Positions 1 through 9,785 of a stretch of 32,000 bases of DNA are shown here, piece after piece (positions within the stretch are counted from its first letter, which is position 1; each line of letters begins with the position of its first letter). The stretch comes from Vibrio vulnificus CMCP6 (GTDB taxonomy: Bacteria; Pseudomonadota; Gammaproteobacteria; Enterobacterales; Vibrionaceae), in contig NC_004459.3 of the NCBI RefSeq assembly GCF_000039765.1, positions 1,350,001 through 1,382,000 of the forward strand. Direction: 5' to 3'. The notes below the pieces were generated by a model. That model was not told the origin of the DNA. It saw only the letters and a program-made list of their open reading frames with translations, and searched no databases. A program made the position numbers and the translations under genes.

Positions 1-1370
1 TTGCACGTATCGAGCACTTCTTTCACTTGCTCTGAAGGTTGCCAGTCACGTGGTAGCAATGGGCGCTTCGATGCCAATTCATTGGTCAAGAACGCGATTT
101 TGTCTTGTTCGCTCCAGTGATTGTAATCACCAATGCCTAAGTAACGTGTCAGTTCTGAAAGGACGTCAGCGTGACGGGTACTTTCTTGGCGAATGTCCAA
201 GCGAACCAGATGCACACCAAACGCTTTGACACGACGCAGTGTATCGAGTAGTGAGCCTTCGGCGATCATGCTCATGCCACATTCGCGTAGTGACTGATAA
301 CAAGCGAAAAGAGGATCCCAAAGTTGCTCAACACTTTGCAGCGGCGCTTTTACTGCCAGCTTCTGGCCGTTAATTTTCGCATCCAGGATCTCTTTGGTAT
401 CACTCAGCAGCGTGCGCAGTTGTTTCAGGATGGCACGATAAGGCTCGTGTTCATCTTCACCTGCCAATTGACGAACGGTGTCATTGCACTTGGTCATTGA
501 CAGCTCGCTGATCAACTCATTGATGTCTTTGAGGTAAAGATCCGCCGCTTTCCAGCGCGAGAGTAGCAACACTTCACGTGTCACAGTATGGGTCACAAAC
601 GGGTTGCCATCTCGGTCACCACCCATCCAAGATGAGAAGTGAACAGGGCGAGCATCAATTGGCAAGCCTTGGTCTAGATAGTCTTTGAGCTTTTCATCGA
701 GTTCGCGTAGAAAATCTGGCACTGCTTCCCAGAGTGAATTTTCCACTACGGCAAACCCCCACTTCGCTTCATCGAGTGGTGTTGGGCGCTGTTTGCGAAT
801 CACGTCTGAGTGCCAGCTTTGTGCGATAAGTTGCTCGAGGCGTTTTTCTGTCTTGTGGCGCTCTTTGTAAGAAAGATCGCTCAGCTCTAACTTAGACAGG
901 CATTCGTTGATTTTGACCAGTTTATTGATCATGGTGCGGCGCGTGATTTCCGTCGGGTGCGCAGTCAGCACCAGTTCAATGTTCAATTCACGAATCGCTT
1001 GGGCGGTATCGAGTTTATTGATGCCGTTTTGACCAAGCTTAGCAAACAGCGTATTGATCGCATCCGGCTCACACACGTGTGCATCGCAATGGCGAGAGAT
1101 GGTGTGGTATTGCTCGGCAATGTTGGTCAAATTCAGAAATTGGTTAAAAGCGCGAGCCACCGGGGTGAGTTGCTCATCTGGCAGGCTTTTGATTTCTTCA
1201 ATCAGGTTGTTACGATCAGCCTGATTGCCTGCGCGGGCAGATTTGGAGAGCTTACGAATGGTCTCCACCTTCTCTAAGATTTCGTCGCCATGGGCCTCTT
1301 GAATGGTGTTACCCAATAAGTGCCCCAACATGCTGACATTACTCTTGAGCGCGGCGTATTTCTCGTTCAT
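1..1370 (-). CDS. ppc: Phosphoenolpyruvate carboxylase, N-terminal ~456 codons; the 3' end lies beyond the window start
   Basis: Absent from the ORF track because there is no stop in the window. Manual minus-strand translation from the ATG (complement of 1368-1370) gives [48 protein letters not shown]...[16 protein letters not shown], close to the E. coli Ppc N-terminus. The frame is still open at nt 2, where [19 protein letters not shown] matches E. coli LLPRNWQPSAETREVLDTC. Confidence 0.93.
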   Translation of the reverse strand, partial: MNEKYAALKSNVSMLGHLLGNTIQEAHGDEILEKVETIRKLSKSARAGNQADRNNLIEEIKSLPDEQLTPVARAFNQFLNLTNIAEQYHTISRHCDAHVCEPDAINTLFAKLGQNGINKLDTAQAIRELNIELVLTAHPTEITRRTMINKLVKINECLSKLELSDLSYKERHKTEKRLEQLIAQSWHSDVIRKQRPTPLDEAKWGFAVVENSLWEAVPDFLRELDEKLKDYLDQGLPIDARPVHFSSWMGGDRDGNPFVTHTVTREVLLLSRWKAADLYLKDINELISELSMTKCNDTVRQLAGEDEHEPYRAILKQLRTLLSDTKEILDAKINGQKLAVKAPLQSVEQLWDPLFACYQSLRECGMSMIAEGSLLDTLRRVKAFGVHLVRLDIRQESTRHADVLSELTRYLGIGDYNHWSEQDKIAFLTNELASKRPLLPRDWQPSEQVKEVLDTC

Positions 1371-1553
1371 TGTCATCCTGCCTCGTAAAAAAATTACATC
1401 CATTGTTCCTTGTTAAGCCACCAATCTAGCGAAATTTAATATATTTAGTCAAATAAAGCAGACTAAGTTTGCAAATATTCGCTCGCTGTTCTGACTTAAA
1501 GCAAAGTATTGCTTTGTAAATAAACGATATTGAAAATTTATTACAATTTATAA

Positions 1554-1580
1554 GGCAGAGTGGCGCAAGGCAACTCTGCC
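1554..1580 (-). terminator. Putative argE terminator hairpin
   Basis: GGCAGAG (1554-1560) pairs with CTCTGCC (1574-1580) around a 13-nt loop, just downstream of the argE stop. On the minus strand it is followed by TTATAAATTGTAATAAATTTT. The large loop makes it a weak call. Confidence 0.35.
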
Positions 1581-1589
1581 GACATGCAG

Positions 1590-2726
1590 CTAAAAACAGT
1601 ATTTGCGCATTGCTTTACTAAGCACGTCAATCGTCGGGTCGATAAAGTCAAACGCCAAGAACTCATCTGGCTGGTGAGCTTGGTCGATAGATCCCGGACC
1701 CAGCACCAGTGTGGGGCAGAGCTGCTGCAAAAATGGCGCTTCGGTACAGTAGTTCACGGTTTGTGATGGTGTACCACAGAGCTCTTCTATGCCATGAATA
1801 AATGGATGATCATGTTGGCACTCGTAACCTGGGATTGGCTCGTGCAGTGGCACGATCTCAATCCGTCCCGGCCATTTTGCTTCCACCTCTTTGAGTGCCC
1901 CACGCAACAGATTATCCAAACCGTCGAGGCTAATGCCAGGAAGAGGTCTTACGTCATAATGCAACTCGCAGCAACCGCAGATGCGGTTGGCACTATCGCC
2001 CCCATGAATATGGCCAAGGTTAAGAGTGGGAGATGGGATAGCAAATCCGGGATTGTGATACTGCTTGATTAACGTATCACGCAGTTGCATCAGCGCGAAC
2101 AGGACTTCATGCATGATCTCGATGGCATTGACCCCTAATGATGGATCAGAGGAGTGGCCCGATTTCCCTGTGACCCGCACGACATTGGCGACATGGCCTT
2201 TGTGCCCACGAACAGGCACTAAACTCGTTGGCTCGCCAATGATGCAGTAGTCAGGTTTAAAGGGGGTATGCGCACTAAAGTGGCGCGCACCGAGCATGGT
2301 GGTCTCTTCATCACACGTCGCCAGCACATAAAGGGGTTTATTTTGTCCTTTCCAATCCATGCGTTTGGCGGCTTCATAAATAAAAGCAAAAAAGCCTTTC
2401 ATGTCAGCGGTGCCTAAACCATAGAACTTGTTGTCTTTCTCGGTGAGTTGGTGAGGGTCAAAGCTCCAACGGCCTTGATCAAAAGGCACCGTATCACTGT
2501 GTCCAGCCAACAGTAGGCCACCCTCTCCCTGACCTTTCTGTGCCAATAAATTGTATTTACCCGGTTCGACTTCGGTGACGTCCACATCAAAGCCCAATGC
2601 CGCAAACCAATCGGAGAGCTTTTCGATCACCGCCTGGTTGCCTTGATCCCAACTTGGGTCGCTAGAGCTGATGGATGAGGTGGAAATTAAGCCACGGTAA
2701 ACATCAAGAAAACTCGGTAATTGCAT
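1590..2726 (-). CDS. argE: Acetylornithine deacetylase
   Basis: 378-aa ORF of the M20 peptidase family with the HSDTV metal-binding motif. Full-length similarity to E. coli ArgE, and the classic divergent argE/argCB arrangement. Confidence 0.93.
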   Translation of the reverse strand: MQLPSFLDVYRGLISTSSISSSDPSWDQGNQAVIEKLSDWFAALGFDVDVTEVEPGKYNLLAQKGQGEGGLLLAGHSDTVPFDQGRWSFDPHQLTEKDNKFYGLGTADMKGFFAFIYEAAKRMDWKGQNKPLYVLATCDEETTMLGARHFSAHTPFKPDYCIIGEPTSLVPVRGHKGHVANVVRVTGKSGHSSDPSLGVNAIEIMHEVLFALMQLRDTLIKQYHNPGFAIPSPTLNLGHIHGGDSANRICGCCELHYDVRPLPGISLDGLDNLLRGALKEVEAKWPGRIEIVPLHEPIPGYECQHDHPFIHGIEELCGTPSQTVNYCTEAPFLQQLCPTLVLGPGSIDQAHQPDEFLAFDFIDPTIDVLSKAMRKYCF

Positions 2727-2771
2727 AGATTATTCACTTCCCCTGTTGACAGTTGGGTAACAAAAAGGTAA

Positions 2772-2810
2772 AACACATATTAACTCATATTTAATGAATA
2801 AAAAATCAAT
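2772..2810. promoter_or_regulatory. Candidate ArgR operator (pair of ARG boxes) in the divergent argE/argC control region
   Basis: Box 2793-2810, AATGAATAAAAAATCAAT, matches the 18-bp ARG-box consensus wNTGAATwwwwATTCANw at all but one defined position. A weaker box at 2772-2789 lies exactly 3 bp upstream, giving 21-bp periodicity. A further TGAAT occurs at 2830-2834. Confidence 0.55.
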
Positions 2811-2874
2811 ATAAAGTAATTTTTAAATATGAATAGTCACTTTTACGCTTTCTTAAGTTTACGGATGTACTGAG

Positions 2875-3879
2875 ATGTTAAAAACCACAATCATAGGTGC
2901 CAGCGGTTACACAGGCGCTGAATTGGCACTGATGGTAGAGAAACACCCAGAGCTCACGCTAGCAGGTTTGTATGTATCCGCCAATAGCACTGATGCGGGC
3001 AAGTGCATTTCTCAACTGCATGGCAAACTTGCGGGTGTGATTGAAATGCCCGTGTTGCCGCTAACGGATCCGCTCGGGGTAGCCCAAGACTCGGATGTGA
3101 TCTTTTTAGCGACGGCACATGAAGTCAGCCATGACCTTGCTCCGCTCTTTTTGCAGCAAGGTTGTCAGGTGTTTGATCTCTCAGGTGCATTCCGTGTGAA
3201 AGGGGATGATTTCTATACTCAGTTTTACGGCTTTGCGCACCAGCACAGTGAGTGGTTGGACAAAGCGGCATATGGTTTGGCTGAGTGGAATGAAGAAGCC
3301 ATTAAAGCCAGTCAATTGGTGGCGGTCGCAGGGTGTTACACCACAGCGGCACAATTGGCAATTAAGCCGTTGCTGATCTCTCAGTTAGTGGATACCAATC
3401 AATGGCCGGTAATTAACGCCACCAGTGGTGTCTCTGGAGCAGGACGTAAAGCGTCGATGACCAATAGCTTTTGTGAAGTCAGCTTACAGCCTTATGGCAT
3501 TTTTAATCACAGACACCAACCGGAAATCGTTCACCATCTTGGCTGTGATGTGATCTTCACGCCTCACCTTGGCAACTTCAAACGTGGCATTTTGGCGACG
3601 ATCACCATGAAGTTGCAGGATGGTGTGACGAAAGAACAAGTTGCGCACGCTTTTGCGCAAGCCTATGACAGAAAACCTGCGGTGCGCCTCAAAGGGGATG
3701 TTATTCCACGCATTCAGGATGTCGAATTTACCCCATTCTGCGATCTTGGCTGGAGGGTTCAAGGTCAACACATCATCGTGATTTCGGCCATCGATAACCT
3801 ATTAAAAGGGGCATCGAGCCAAGCGATGCAGTGCCTAAATATTCACTACGGTTTTTCACCACTAACAGCCTTGCTGTAA
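2875..3879 (+). CDS. argC: N-acetyl-gamma-glutamyl-phosphate reductase
   Basis: 334 aa. Contains [10 protein letters not shown] (NAD-binding N-terminus) and the catalytic Cys context [10 protein letters not shown]. Collinear with E. coli ArgC. Confidence 0.95.
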
Positions 3880-3901
3880 CGCTTTGGGTAAGGAAAAGAA
3901 G

Positions 3902-4693
3902 ATGACACAACCAAGCTTAAATCCTCTTGTAATCAAATTAGGTGGTGCGGCGCTATCGTGCAGCCAAACCTTGAGCCAACTATTTGGAGCCATTGCCAGC
4001 TACCAACAAAAAGAGCAGCGACAAATCGTGATTGTGCACGGTGGCGGTTACCTGGTGGATGAGCTGATGGAAAAGTTACAACTTCCGACAGTGAAGAAAA
4101 ACGGTTTACGTGTAACACCTTACGATCAAATTCCGCTGATTGCAGGCGCGCTCGCAGGAACAGCGAACAAATTGCTACAAGGACAAGCGATGGCGGATGG
4201 TCTGAATGCCATTGGATTAAGCCTTGCCGACGGTGGCTTATGTCAGGTTGAAGAGTTGGATCCAGAGCTCGGAGCGGTGGGCAAAGCGACGCCAGGAGAT
4301 TCAAGCCTGCTGCAAACGATTTTGAACGCAGGTGCCTTACCGATCATCAGCTCAATTGGTTTAACAGCGCAGGGGCAGCTCATGAACGTCAACGCTGATC
4401 AAGCCGCCGTTGCAGTGGCTGGGGCATTAGATGCGCAACTGGTCCTTCTGTCTGATGTGAGTGGGGTGCTCGATGGCAAAGGACACTTAATTAAGAGCTT
4501 AAACCAACAAGAAGCCGATGCCTTGATTGCCGGTAAGGTGATTACCGATGGCATGATTGTCAAAGTCCAAGCAGCCTTAGAAGCCGCAAACGATTTAGGG
4601 CGAGCGATTGAAGTCGCAACTTGGCGCTATCCAGAGAATCTGGAAAAACTGTTTGCCGGAGAAAGTATCGGTACCCAGTTTTTACCAGCATAA
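3902..4693 (+). CDS. argB: Acetylglutamate kinase
   Basis: The ORF track starts at TTG 3884. I prefer ATG 3902, preceded by AAGGAAAAGAAG, because [15 protein letters not shown] aligns with E. coli ArgB MMNPLIIKLGG. The conserved NVNADQAA and ITDGMIVKV motifs are present. Confidence 0.92.
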   Translation: MTQPSLNPLVIKLGGAALSCSQTLSQLFGAIASYQQKEQRQIVIVHGGGYLVDELMEKLQLPTVKKNGLRVTPYDQIPLIAGALAGTANKLLQGQAMADGLNAIGLSLADGGLCQVEELDPELGAVGKATPGDSSLLQTILNAGALPIISSIGLTAQGQLMNVNADQAAVAVAGALDAQLVLLSDVSGVLDGKGHLIKSLNQQEADALIAGKVITDGMIVKVQAALEAANDLGRAIEVATWRYPENLEKLFAGESIGTQFLPA

Positions 4694-4781
4694 CTATTTG
4701 AATGAAAAAGTTAACTCAACAAGATTAAGAAGTCGTATGGCACTGACCGCCGAGTGCAGGCCAGACAAATGGAGAATGGAA

Positions 4782-5993
4782 ATGAGCAAATTAAATGTCA
4801 ATAAAGTGGTTGTCGCTTACTCAGGCGGTTTGGATACGTCAGTGATCATTCCTTGGTTAAAAGAGAACTACGATTGTGAAGTGGTGGCCTTTGTTGCTGA
4901 TGTGGGTCAGGGCGAAGAAGAGCTTGTCGGTATTGAAGAGAAAGCCAAAGCTTCTGGTGCCTCAGAATGTTATGTCGTCGATCTGAAAGAAGAATTGGTC
5001 GCTGACTACATCTACCCAACACTGAAAACGGGCGCTTACTATGAAGGCAAATACCTCTTGGGGACGTCTATGGCGCGCCCGGTGATTGCCAAAGCACAAG
5101 TTGAAATTGCCCGTAAAGTGGGGGCTGATGCATTGTGTCACGGCTGTACTGGTAAAGGGAATGACCAAGTGCGTTTTGAAGGCGCCTTCGCCGCATTGGC
5201 CCCTGATCTGAAAGTGATTGCGCCTTGGCGTGAATGGGATCTTGTGAGTCGTGAGCAGTGTTTAGACTACTTGGCTGAGCGCAACATTCCTTGTGCTGCC
5301 TCGTTGACCAAAATCTATTCTCGTGACGCGAATGCGTGGCATATCTCTACGGAGGGTGGCGTACTAGAAAGTACCTGGAATGCACCGAATGAAGATTGCT
5401 GGGTATGGACCGTCGATCCAGAGCAAGCGCCGAATGAAGCGGAATACGTTACCCTGCAAGTTGAAAAAGGTGAAGTTGTGGCCGTGGATGGTGAGCAAAT
5501 GACGCCGTACAACGCGCTGGTTTACTTGAACGAAAAAGGGGCGAAACACGGTGTTGGTCGTATCGACATTGTAGAAAACCGTCTAGTTGGTATGAAGTCT
5601 CGTGGTTGTTATGAAACCCCAGGGGGCACCATTATGATGGAAGCGCTGCGTGCGGTTGAGCAGTTGGTGCTGGACAAAACCTCTTTTGAGTTCCGTGAAG
5701 AACTGGGTTTAAAAGCGTCTCACCTTGTCTATGATGGTCGCTGGTTCACACCACTGCGTAAATCGATCATGGCTGCGGCAGATGAATTGGCGCAGGATGT
5801 CAATGGTGAAGTCGTGGTGAAGCTGTATAAAGGCATGGCAACAGTGACACAGAAACGCTCTGAAAACAGCTTGTATTCCGAAGCGTTTGCAACCTTTGGT
5901 GAAGATGAAGTGTACGATCAAAGCCACGCAGGCGGCTTTATCCGCCTTTACTCACTTTCTAGCCGAATTCGCGCACTCAATAGCCAGAAATAA
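4782..5993 (+). CDS. argG: Argininosuccinate synthase (type I, ~403 aa)
   Basis: The ORF track begins at 4608, inside argB. The homologous protein begins at [20 protein letters not shown] (ATG 4782, GGAG at 4771-4774). The [12 protein letters not shown]-binding motif is present. Confidence 0.92.
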   Translation: MSKLNVNKVVVAYSGGLDTSVIIPWLKENYDCEVVAFVADVGQGEEELVGIEEKAKASGASECYVVDLKEELVADYIYPTLKTGAYYEGKYLLGTSMARPVIAKAQVEIARKVGADALCHGCTGKGNDQVRFEGAFAALAPDLKVIAPWREWDLVSREQCLDYLAERNIPCAASLTKIYSRDANAWHISTEGGVLESTWNAPNEDCWVWTVDPEQAPNEAEYVTLQVEKGEVVAVDGEQMTPYNALVYLNEKGAKHGVGRIDIVENRLVGMKSRGCYETPGGTIMMEALRAVEQLVLDKTSFEFREELGLKASHLVYDGRWFTPLRKSIMAAADELAQDVNGEVVVKLYKGMATVTQKRSENSLYSEAFATFGEDEVYDQSHAGGFIRLYSLSSRIRALNSQK

Positions 5994-6013
5994 CCAGCGC
6001 GGTTATTGTTGAA

Positions 6014-6055
6014 TACAAGAAAGGCTCAGCAGACATCTGCTGAGCCTTTCTTGTA
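6014..6055 (+). terminator. Long perfect hairpin after argG
   Basis: TACAAGAAAGGCTCAGCAGA (6014-6033) pairs with TCTGCTGAGCCTTTCTTGTA (6036-6055). The stem is very stable and starts 21 nt after the argG stop, but there is no clean U-tract (TATGGGA follows). Confidence 0.6.
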
Positions 6056-6075
6056 TGGGAGGCTTAAAAATTATT

Positions 6076-6114
6076 CATGAATAAATATGTAAAAATAATG
6101 AATTTATACTTTAT
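6076..6114. promoter_or_regulatory. Candidate ArgR operator upstream of argH
   Basis: Two TGAAT cores (6078-6082 and 6099-6103) lie exactly 21 bp apart in an A/T-rich context, which is the ARG-box pair spacing. An overlapping ATTCA at 6073-6077 forms ATTCATGAAT. The right half-sites are degenerate. Confidence 0.45.
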
Positions 6115-6233
6115 TTTTTGGCGAGTTTGTCGTAACGTGGGCACATAACAATACCTGCATTCCTTACCATGAATGGGTAAGGGATCGAGCAACACACTTA
6201 CACCGGTTAGCAATAGTCATCAGGAGAGACGCA

Positions 6234-8108
6234 ATGGCATTATGGGGCGGAAGATTTACCCAAGCGGCAGATACCAGGTTCAAAGATTTTAACGATTCGC
6301 TTCGCTTTGATTACCGACTGGCCGAGCAAGACATTGTCGGCTCTATTGCTTGGTCTAAGGCGTTGTTGTCAGTCAATGTACTGAGTAAAGAAGAGCAGCA
6401 AAAACTGGAGTTTGCGCTGAACGAATTGAAACTTGAGGTGATGGAAGATCCGCATCAAATTCTTCACTCCGATGCAGAAGATATTCATTCGTGGGTTGAA
6501 CAACAACTGATTGGAAAAGTGGGTGACCTGGGTAAAAAGCTTCATACTGGTCGCTCGCGCAACGACCAAGTCGCCACAGACCTGAAATTATGGTGTCGCC
6601 AGCAAGGGCATCAGCTGCTGTTAGGATTGGATAAATTGCAGACGCAAATGGTGAATGTGGCAAAACAGCACCAAGCCACGGTCCTGCCGGGTTATACCCA
6701 TTTACAACGCGCTCAACCGGTGACGTTTGCACATTGGTGCTTGGCCTATGTGGAAATGTTTGAGCGTGACTATTCGAGATTGAGCGATGCACTGACTCGT
6801 CTTGACACCTGCCCGTTAGGTTCAGGAGCGTTAGCGGGCACCGCGTATCCGATTGATCGTGAGCAATTGGCACAGGATTTGGGTTTCCGTCGTGCGACAC
6901 GCAACTCACTGGATTCGGTCTCTGATCGCGATCATGTGATGGAGTTGATGTCAGTTGCTTCGATCTCCATGTTGCATTTATCTCGTCTTGCGGAAGACAT
7001 GATTTTCTACAACTCTGGCGAGTCGGGCTTTATTGAGTTAGCCGATACGGTGACTTCAGGATCGTCCTTGATGCCACAAAAGAAAAACCCTGATGCGCTA
7101 GAACTGATCCGTGGCAAAACGGGCCGCGTGTATGGCTCTCTTGCGGGCATGATGATGACGGTAAAAGCCTTACCACTGGCGTACAACAAAGACATGCAAG
7201 AAGACAAAGAAGGGCTGTTTGATGCTCTTGATACTTGGAACGATTGCATGGAGATGGCAGCGCTTTGTTTTGATGGGATTAAAGTCAATGGAGAGCGTAC
7301 GCTTGAAGCGGCGAAACAAGGTTACGCCAACTCGACGGAACTGGCCGATTACTTGGTGGCCAAAGGGATCCCATTCCGCGAAGCACACCACATTGTTGGT
7401 GTTGCGGTGGTCGGGGCTATTGCACAAGGCTGTGCGCTTGAAGAGCTATCGCTTGAGCAATTGCAATCTTTCTCTCCCGTGATTGAAGCCGATGTTTACC
7501 AAATTCTGACCATAGAGTCGTGTCTTGAAAAGCGCAGTGCGTTAGGTGGGGTATCACCAAAGCAAGTGGCGTATGCGGTTGAACAAGCGGATAAGCGCCT
7601 TGCTGCGCGTGATACGACGTTAGTTAAGGTACGTCCTGCTCGCATCACCGATATTGAAACTTTAGAGAGCATGGTGGCTTATTGGGCAAACCTAGGGGAA
7701 AATTTACCGCGTACACGCAGCGAGATTATCCGCGATATCGGTTTGTTTGCGGTGTCGGAACATCAAGGTCTGGTGACCGGCTGTGCATCCCTTTATATCT
7801 ACGATTCTGGTTTGGCAGAGATCCGCTCTTTAGGCATCGAAGCGGGTTGGCAGAGACAAGGTCAGGGAACGGCAGTGGTTCAGTATCTGATTGATAAAGC
7901 CAAAGACATGGCCATCAAAAAGCTGTTTGTGCTGACTCGTGCCCCTGAGTTCTTCCTGAAACAGAACTTCGTGCAAACCTCGAAGTCGCTGCTTCCTGAG
8001 AAAGTCTTGAAAGACTGCGATCAATGCCCACGACAGCATGCGTGTGACGAAGTCGCGCTCGAATTCAATCTAAGTGAGCAGATTATTTCTCAGGTTAAAG
8101 TTGCATAG
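6234..8108 (+). CDS. argH: Bifunctional argininosuccinate lyase / short N-acetylglutamate synthase (ArgH fused to a C-terminal GNAT domain)
   Basis: 624 aa. Residues 1-~458 are collinear with E. coli ArgH (457 aa) and carry the fumarate-lyase signature [11 protein letters not shown]. Residues ~463-610 form a GNAT fold with the acetyl-CoA motif QRQGQG (541-546). Confidence 0.93.
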   Translation: MALWGGRFTQAADTRFKDFNDSLRFDYRLAEQDIVGSIAWSKALLSVNVLSKEEQQKLEFALNELKLEVMEDPHQILHSDAEDIHSWVEQQLIGKVGDLGKKLHTGRSRNDQVATDLKLWCRQQGHQLLLGLDKLQTQMVNVAKQHQATVLPGYTHLQRAQPVTFAHWCLAYVEMFERDYSRLSDALTRLDTCPLGSGALAGTAYPIDREQLAQDLGFRRATRNSLDSVSDRDHVMELMSVASISMLHLSRLAEDMIFYNSGESGFIELADTVTSGSSLMPQKKNPDALELIRGKTGRVYGSLAGMMMTVKALPLAYNKDMQEDKEGLFDALDTWNDCMEMAALCFDGIKVNGERTLEAAKQGYANSTELADYLVAKGIPFREAHHIVGVAVVGAIAQGCALEELSLEQLQSFSPVIEADVYQILTIESCLEKRSALGGVSPKQVAYAVEQADKRLAARDTTLVKVRPARITDIETLESMVAYWANLGENLPRTRSEIIRDIGLFAVSEHQGLVTGCASLYIYDSGLAEIRSLGIEAGWQRQGQGTAVVQYLIDKAKDMAIKKLFVLTRAPEFFLKQNFVQTSKSLLPEKVLKDCDQCPRQHACDEVALEFNLSEQIISQVKVA

Positions 8109-8183
8109 CGTTTGTTTTCATTGGAAATTTAGTTCAGGCGATAAAAAAGATCAAAAAAGATCGTATTTTATGGGAACTATCAG

Positions 8184-8220
8184 AAAGCAGTGCAGTCTAT
8201 AAAGTTACCACTGCTTTTTC
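8184..8220 (+). terminator. Rho-independent terminator after argH
   Basis: AAAGCAGTG (8184-8192) pairs with CACTGCTTT (8209-8217) around a 16-nt loop, followed by TTTTTC. Confidence 0.6.
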
Positions 8221-8238
8221 TTAGAAATATCTAGGAAG

Positions 8239-8272
8239 ACCCCGACACCGAGATTGGTAGCGGGGTTTTTTT
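8239..8272 (+). terminator. Second hairpin plus T7 tract, possibly shared by the convergent argH and 102-aa genes
   Basis: ACCCCG (8239-8244) pairs with CGGGGT (8261-8266), with an inner ACC/GGT helix, followed by a T run to 8272. The T run overlaps the stop codon of the minus-strand ORF that ends at 8271. Confidence 0.5.
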
Positions 8273-8579
8273 ATTTCTGCTTATCACGCTGTTTTTCACT
8301 GAGTTTGCGAGCCTGCCAAGGCAAAATCACGTACTTCATCCATAAATGCAAAAAGAGCAAAAGGTTAAAAGCAAATCCGGCCACGATCAGGGCAATTGAT
8401 TCGATTGAGGTAGGGTTGTCTCTGAATGCGAACCACCAAATGATCCAGCATACAACGGACAACACGGTCAATTGATCGAGGCAGCGCTGGCATCGACCTA
8501 TCTTTTTCCAAAACCAGTGTTGAGAGCAATCGTTACATGACATGTGGTCAGTCCATGGATAAATTGAGTAAAGTTTCAT
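8271..8579 (-). CDS. Hypothetical small membrane protein with an N-terminal 4-Cys (CxxC...CxxC) motif and two predicted TM helices
   Basis: 102 aa. Cysteines at C15-N-D-C18 and C30-Q-R-C33. Hydrophobic segments LTVLSVVCWIIWWFAF and IESIALIVAGFAFNLLLFLHLW, then a basic tail RKLSEKQRDKQK. Divergent from oxyR. The family was not recognised with certainty. Confidence 0.6.
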   Translation of the reverse strand: MKLYSIYPWTDHMSCNDCSQHWFWKKIGRCQRCLDQLTVLSVVCWIIWWFAFRDNPTSIESIALIVAGFAFNLLLFLHLWMKYVILPWQARKLSEKQRDKQK

Positions 8580-8756
8580 GACAAAACCTGCCGCCTATTG
8601 GGTATAGTATAAAAGTAACGTACGGAAACTTAAGTACAATATGAAATAAAAACCGCTGTGAGGTGGTCGTTATTTGCTTGCGGCAAATTTCCTTTGTTCT
8701 GGCGTCGAGAGTGGGATGAAGATGAAACATCTCATCATTAAACACGACGAAAAATT

Positions 8757-8805
8757 TTGATAGTTATTAGAATCTGATGTTATGTTTTTGATAGCTATAT
8801 TCTAT
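8757..8805 (+). promoter_or_regulatory. Candidate oxyR promoter with overlapping OxyR autoregulatory box
   Basis: TTGATA (8757-8762), an 18-nt spacer, then TATGTT (8781-8786). ATAGCTATATTCTAT (8791-8805) matches the OxyR half-consensus ATAGnTnnnAnCTAT at 9 of 10 defined positions. The partner half at 8769-8783 is poor (about 5/10). An extra ATAG at 8760-8763 overlaps the -35. Confidence 0.3.
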
Positions 8806-8815
8806 TGAGGTGGGT

Positions 8816-9715
8816 ATGAACATTCGCGATTTCGAATACCTAGTGGCTTTGGCAGAGCATAAACATTTCAGAAAAGCAGCTGAAGCGTGTTTCGTGAGTC
8901 AACCAACACTAAGCGGACAAATTCGTAAACTGGAAGAAGAGATAGGGACAACGCTACTTGAGCGCAGCAGTCGTCGAGTGCTTTTTACCGATGCTGGTTT
9001 GCAACTTGTTGAGCAGGCAAAAAATATTCTCAAAGAGGTCAAAACCTTTAAAGAGATGGCAAGTGGTCAAAGTGGGGCGATGACAGGGCCGATGCATATT
9101 GGCTTTATTCCAACGCTGGGCCCTTATTTATTGCCAAAAATTGTACCTCAACTCAAAGAGCGTTTCCCTGAGCTGGAGCTGTTTTTGCACGAAGCACAAA
9201 CACAACAGTTAGTGCGACAGCTCGAAGATGGCAAACTCGATTGCTTAGTACTGGCGTCGGTAGCAGAGACTGAACCATTTAAAGAAATTGAAGTGTATAA
9301 CGAACCATTAAGTGTTGCGGTGCCATGCCATCATGAATGGGCTGCGCTCGAACAGCTGGATATGTTAGAGCTCAATGGAAAAACCGTATTAGCGCTTGGG
9401 GATGGTCATTGCCTTCGCGATCAGGCGTTAGGATTTTGTTTTGCGGCAGGTGCTCGTGATGATGAACGCTTTAAAGCGACCAGCTTGGAAACCTTGCGCA
9501 ATATGGTCGCTGCAGGGGCTGGGATTACCTTGCTGCCAGAGCTCTCGGTACCAAAAGAGAAGCAAAAAGATGGCGTGTGTTATATCAAAGCGGTCAATCC
9601 GGTGCCTTCGAGAACGATCGTGGTGGTTTATCGCCCAGGCTCTCCGCTGCGTGCGCGTTTTGAGCAGTTGGCGGCAACCATCAAAGAGCTGCTCGTGAGC
9701 GGTTCAGAGCAGTAA
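8816..9715 (+). CDS. oxyR: LysR-family hydrogen-peroxide sensor/regulator OxyR
   Basis: MNIRDFEYLVALAEHKHFRKAAEACFVSQPTLSGQIRKLEEE is near-identical to E. coli OxyR. The redox cysteines are conserved in GHCLRDQALGFCF (equivalent to C199/C208). ATG 8816 is preferred over track GTG 8810 because GAGG lies 6 nt upstream. Confidence 0.94.
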   Translation: MNIRDFEYLVALAEHKHFRKAAEACFVSQPTLSGQIRKLEEEIGTTLLERSSRRVLFTDAGLQLVEQAKNILKEVKTFKEMASGQSGAMTGPMHIGFIPTLGPYLLPKIVPQLKERFPELELFLHEAQTQQLVRQLEDGKLDCLVLASVAETEPFKEIEVYNEPLSVAVPCHHEWAALEQLDMLELNGKTVLALGDGHCLRDQALGFCFAAGARDDERFKATSLETLRNMVAAGAGITLLPELSVPKEKQKDGVCYIKAVNPVPSRTIVVVYRPGSPLRARFEQLAATIKELLVSGSEQ

Positions 9716-9740
9716 TGTTTGTCTGCTCCGCCAATAAATA

Positions 9741-9766
9741 AAAAGGTTGCCAAATGGCAACCTTTT
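9741..9766. terminator. Bidirectional terminator between convergent oxyR and mrcA
   Basis: AAAAGGTTGCC / AAAT / GGCAACCTTTT is a perfect stem flanked by an A run on the left and a T run on the right. Confidence 0.8.
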
Positions 9767-9785
9767 TTGTGTTTGACTGGCTAAC

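Noticed and set aside
4697-4714. ARG box upstream of argG (TGAAT at 4699-4703)
   Set aside because: Only the left half-site matches. The right half (AAGTT) is essentially unmatched and there is no partner box at 21-bp spacing. argG is more likely transcribed with argCB.
4608-4781. N-terminal extensions offered by the ORF track: argG from 4608, and likewise pilN 13406, pilO 13911, dnaB 24680, alr 26130, rpsF 22311 and the Omp85-like gene 27235
   Set aside because: The extensions overlap the upstream gene or lack homology. Internal ATGs align with the known N-termini and have better-placed Shine-Dalgarno sequences.
6373-6909. 178-aa ORF antisense to argH, plus similar antisense or alternative-frame ORFs in argB (3933-4304), pilM (13057-13415), alr (26395-26751), the Omp85-like gene (27727-28110) and mrcA (several plus-strand ORFs in 9823-11624)
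   Set aside because: All are nested in genes with unambiguous homology on the other strand or frame. Their sequences are Pro/Ser/Arg-rich or otherwise atypical. I consider them shadow ORFs.
8548-8745. 65-aa minus-strand ORF in the oxyR upstream spacer
   Set aside because: It overlaps the 5' end of the 102-aa gene in another frame, has no RBS, and spans what is most likely promoter DNA. It is probably spurious.
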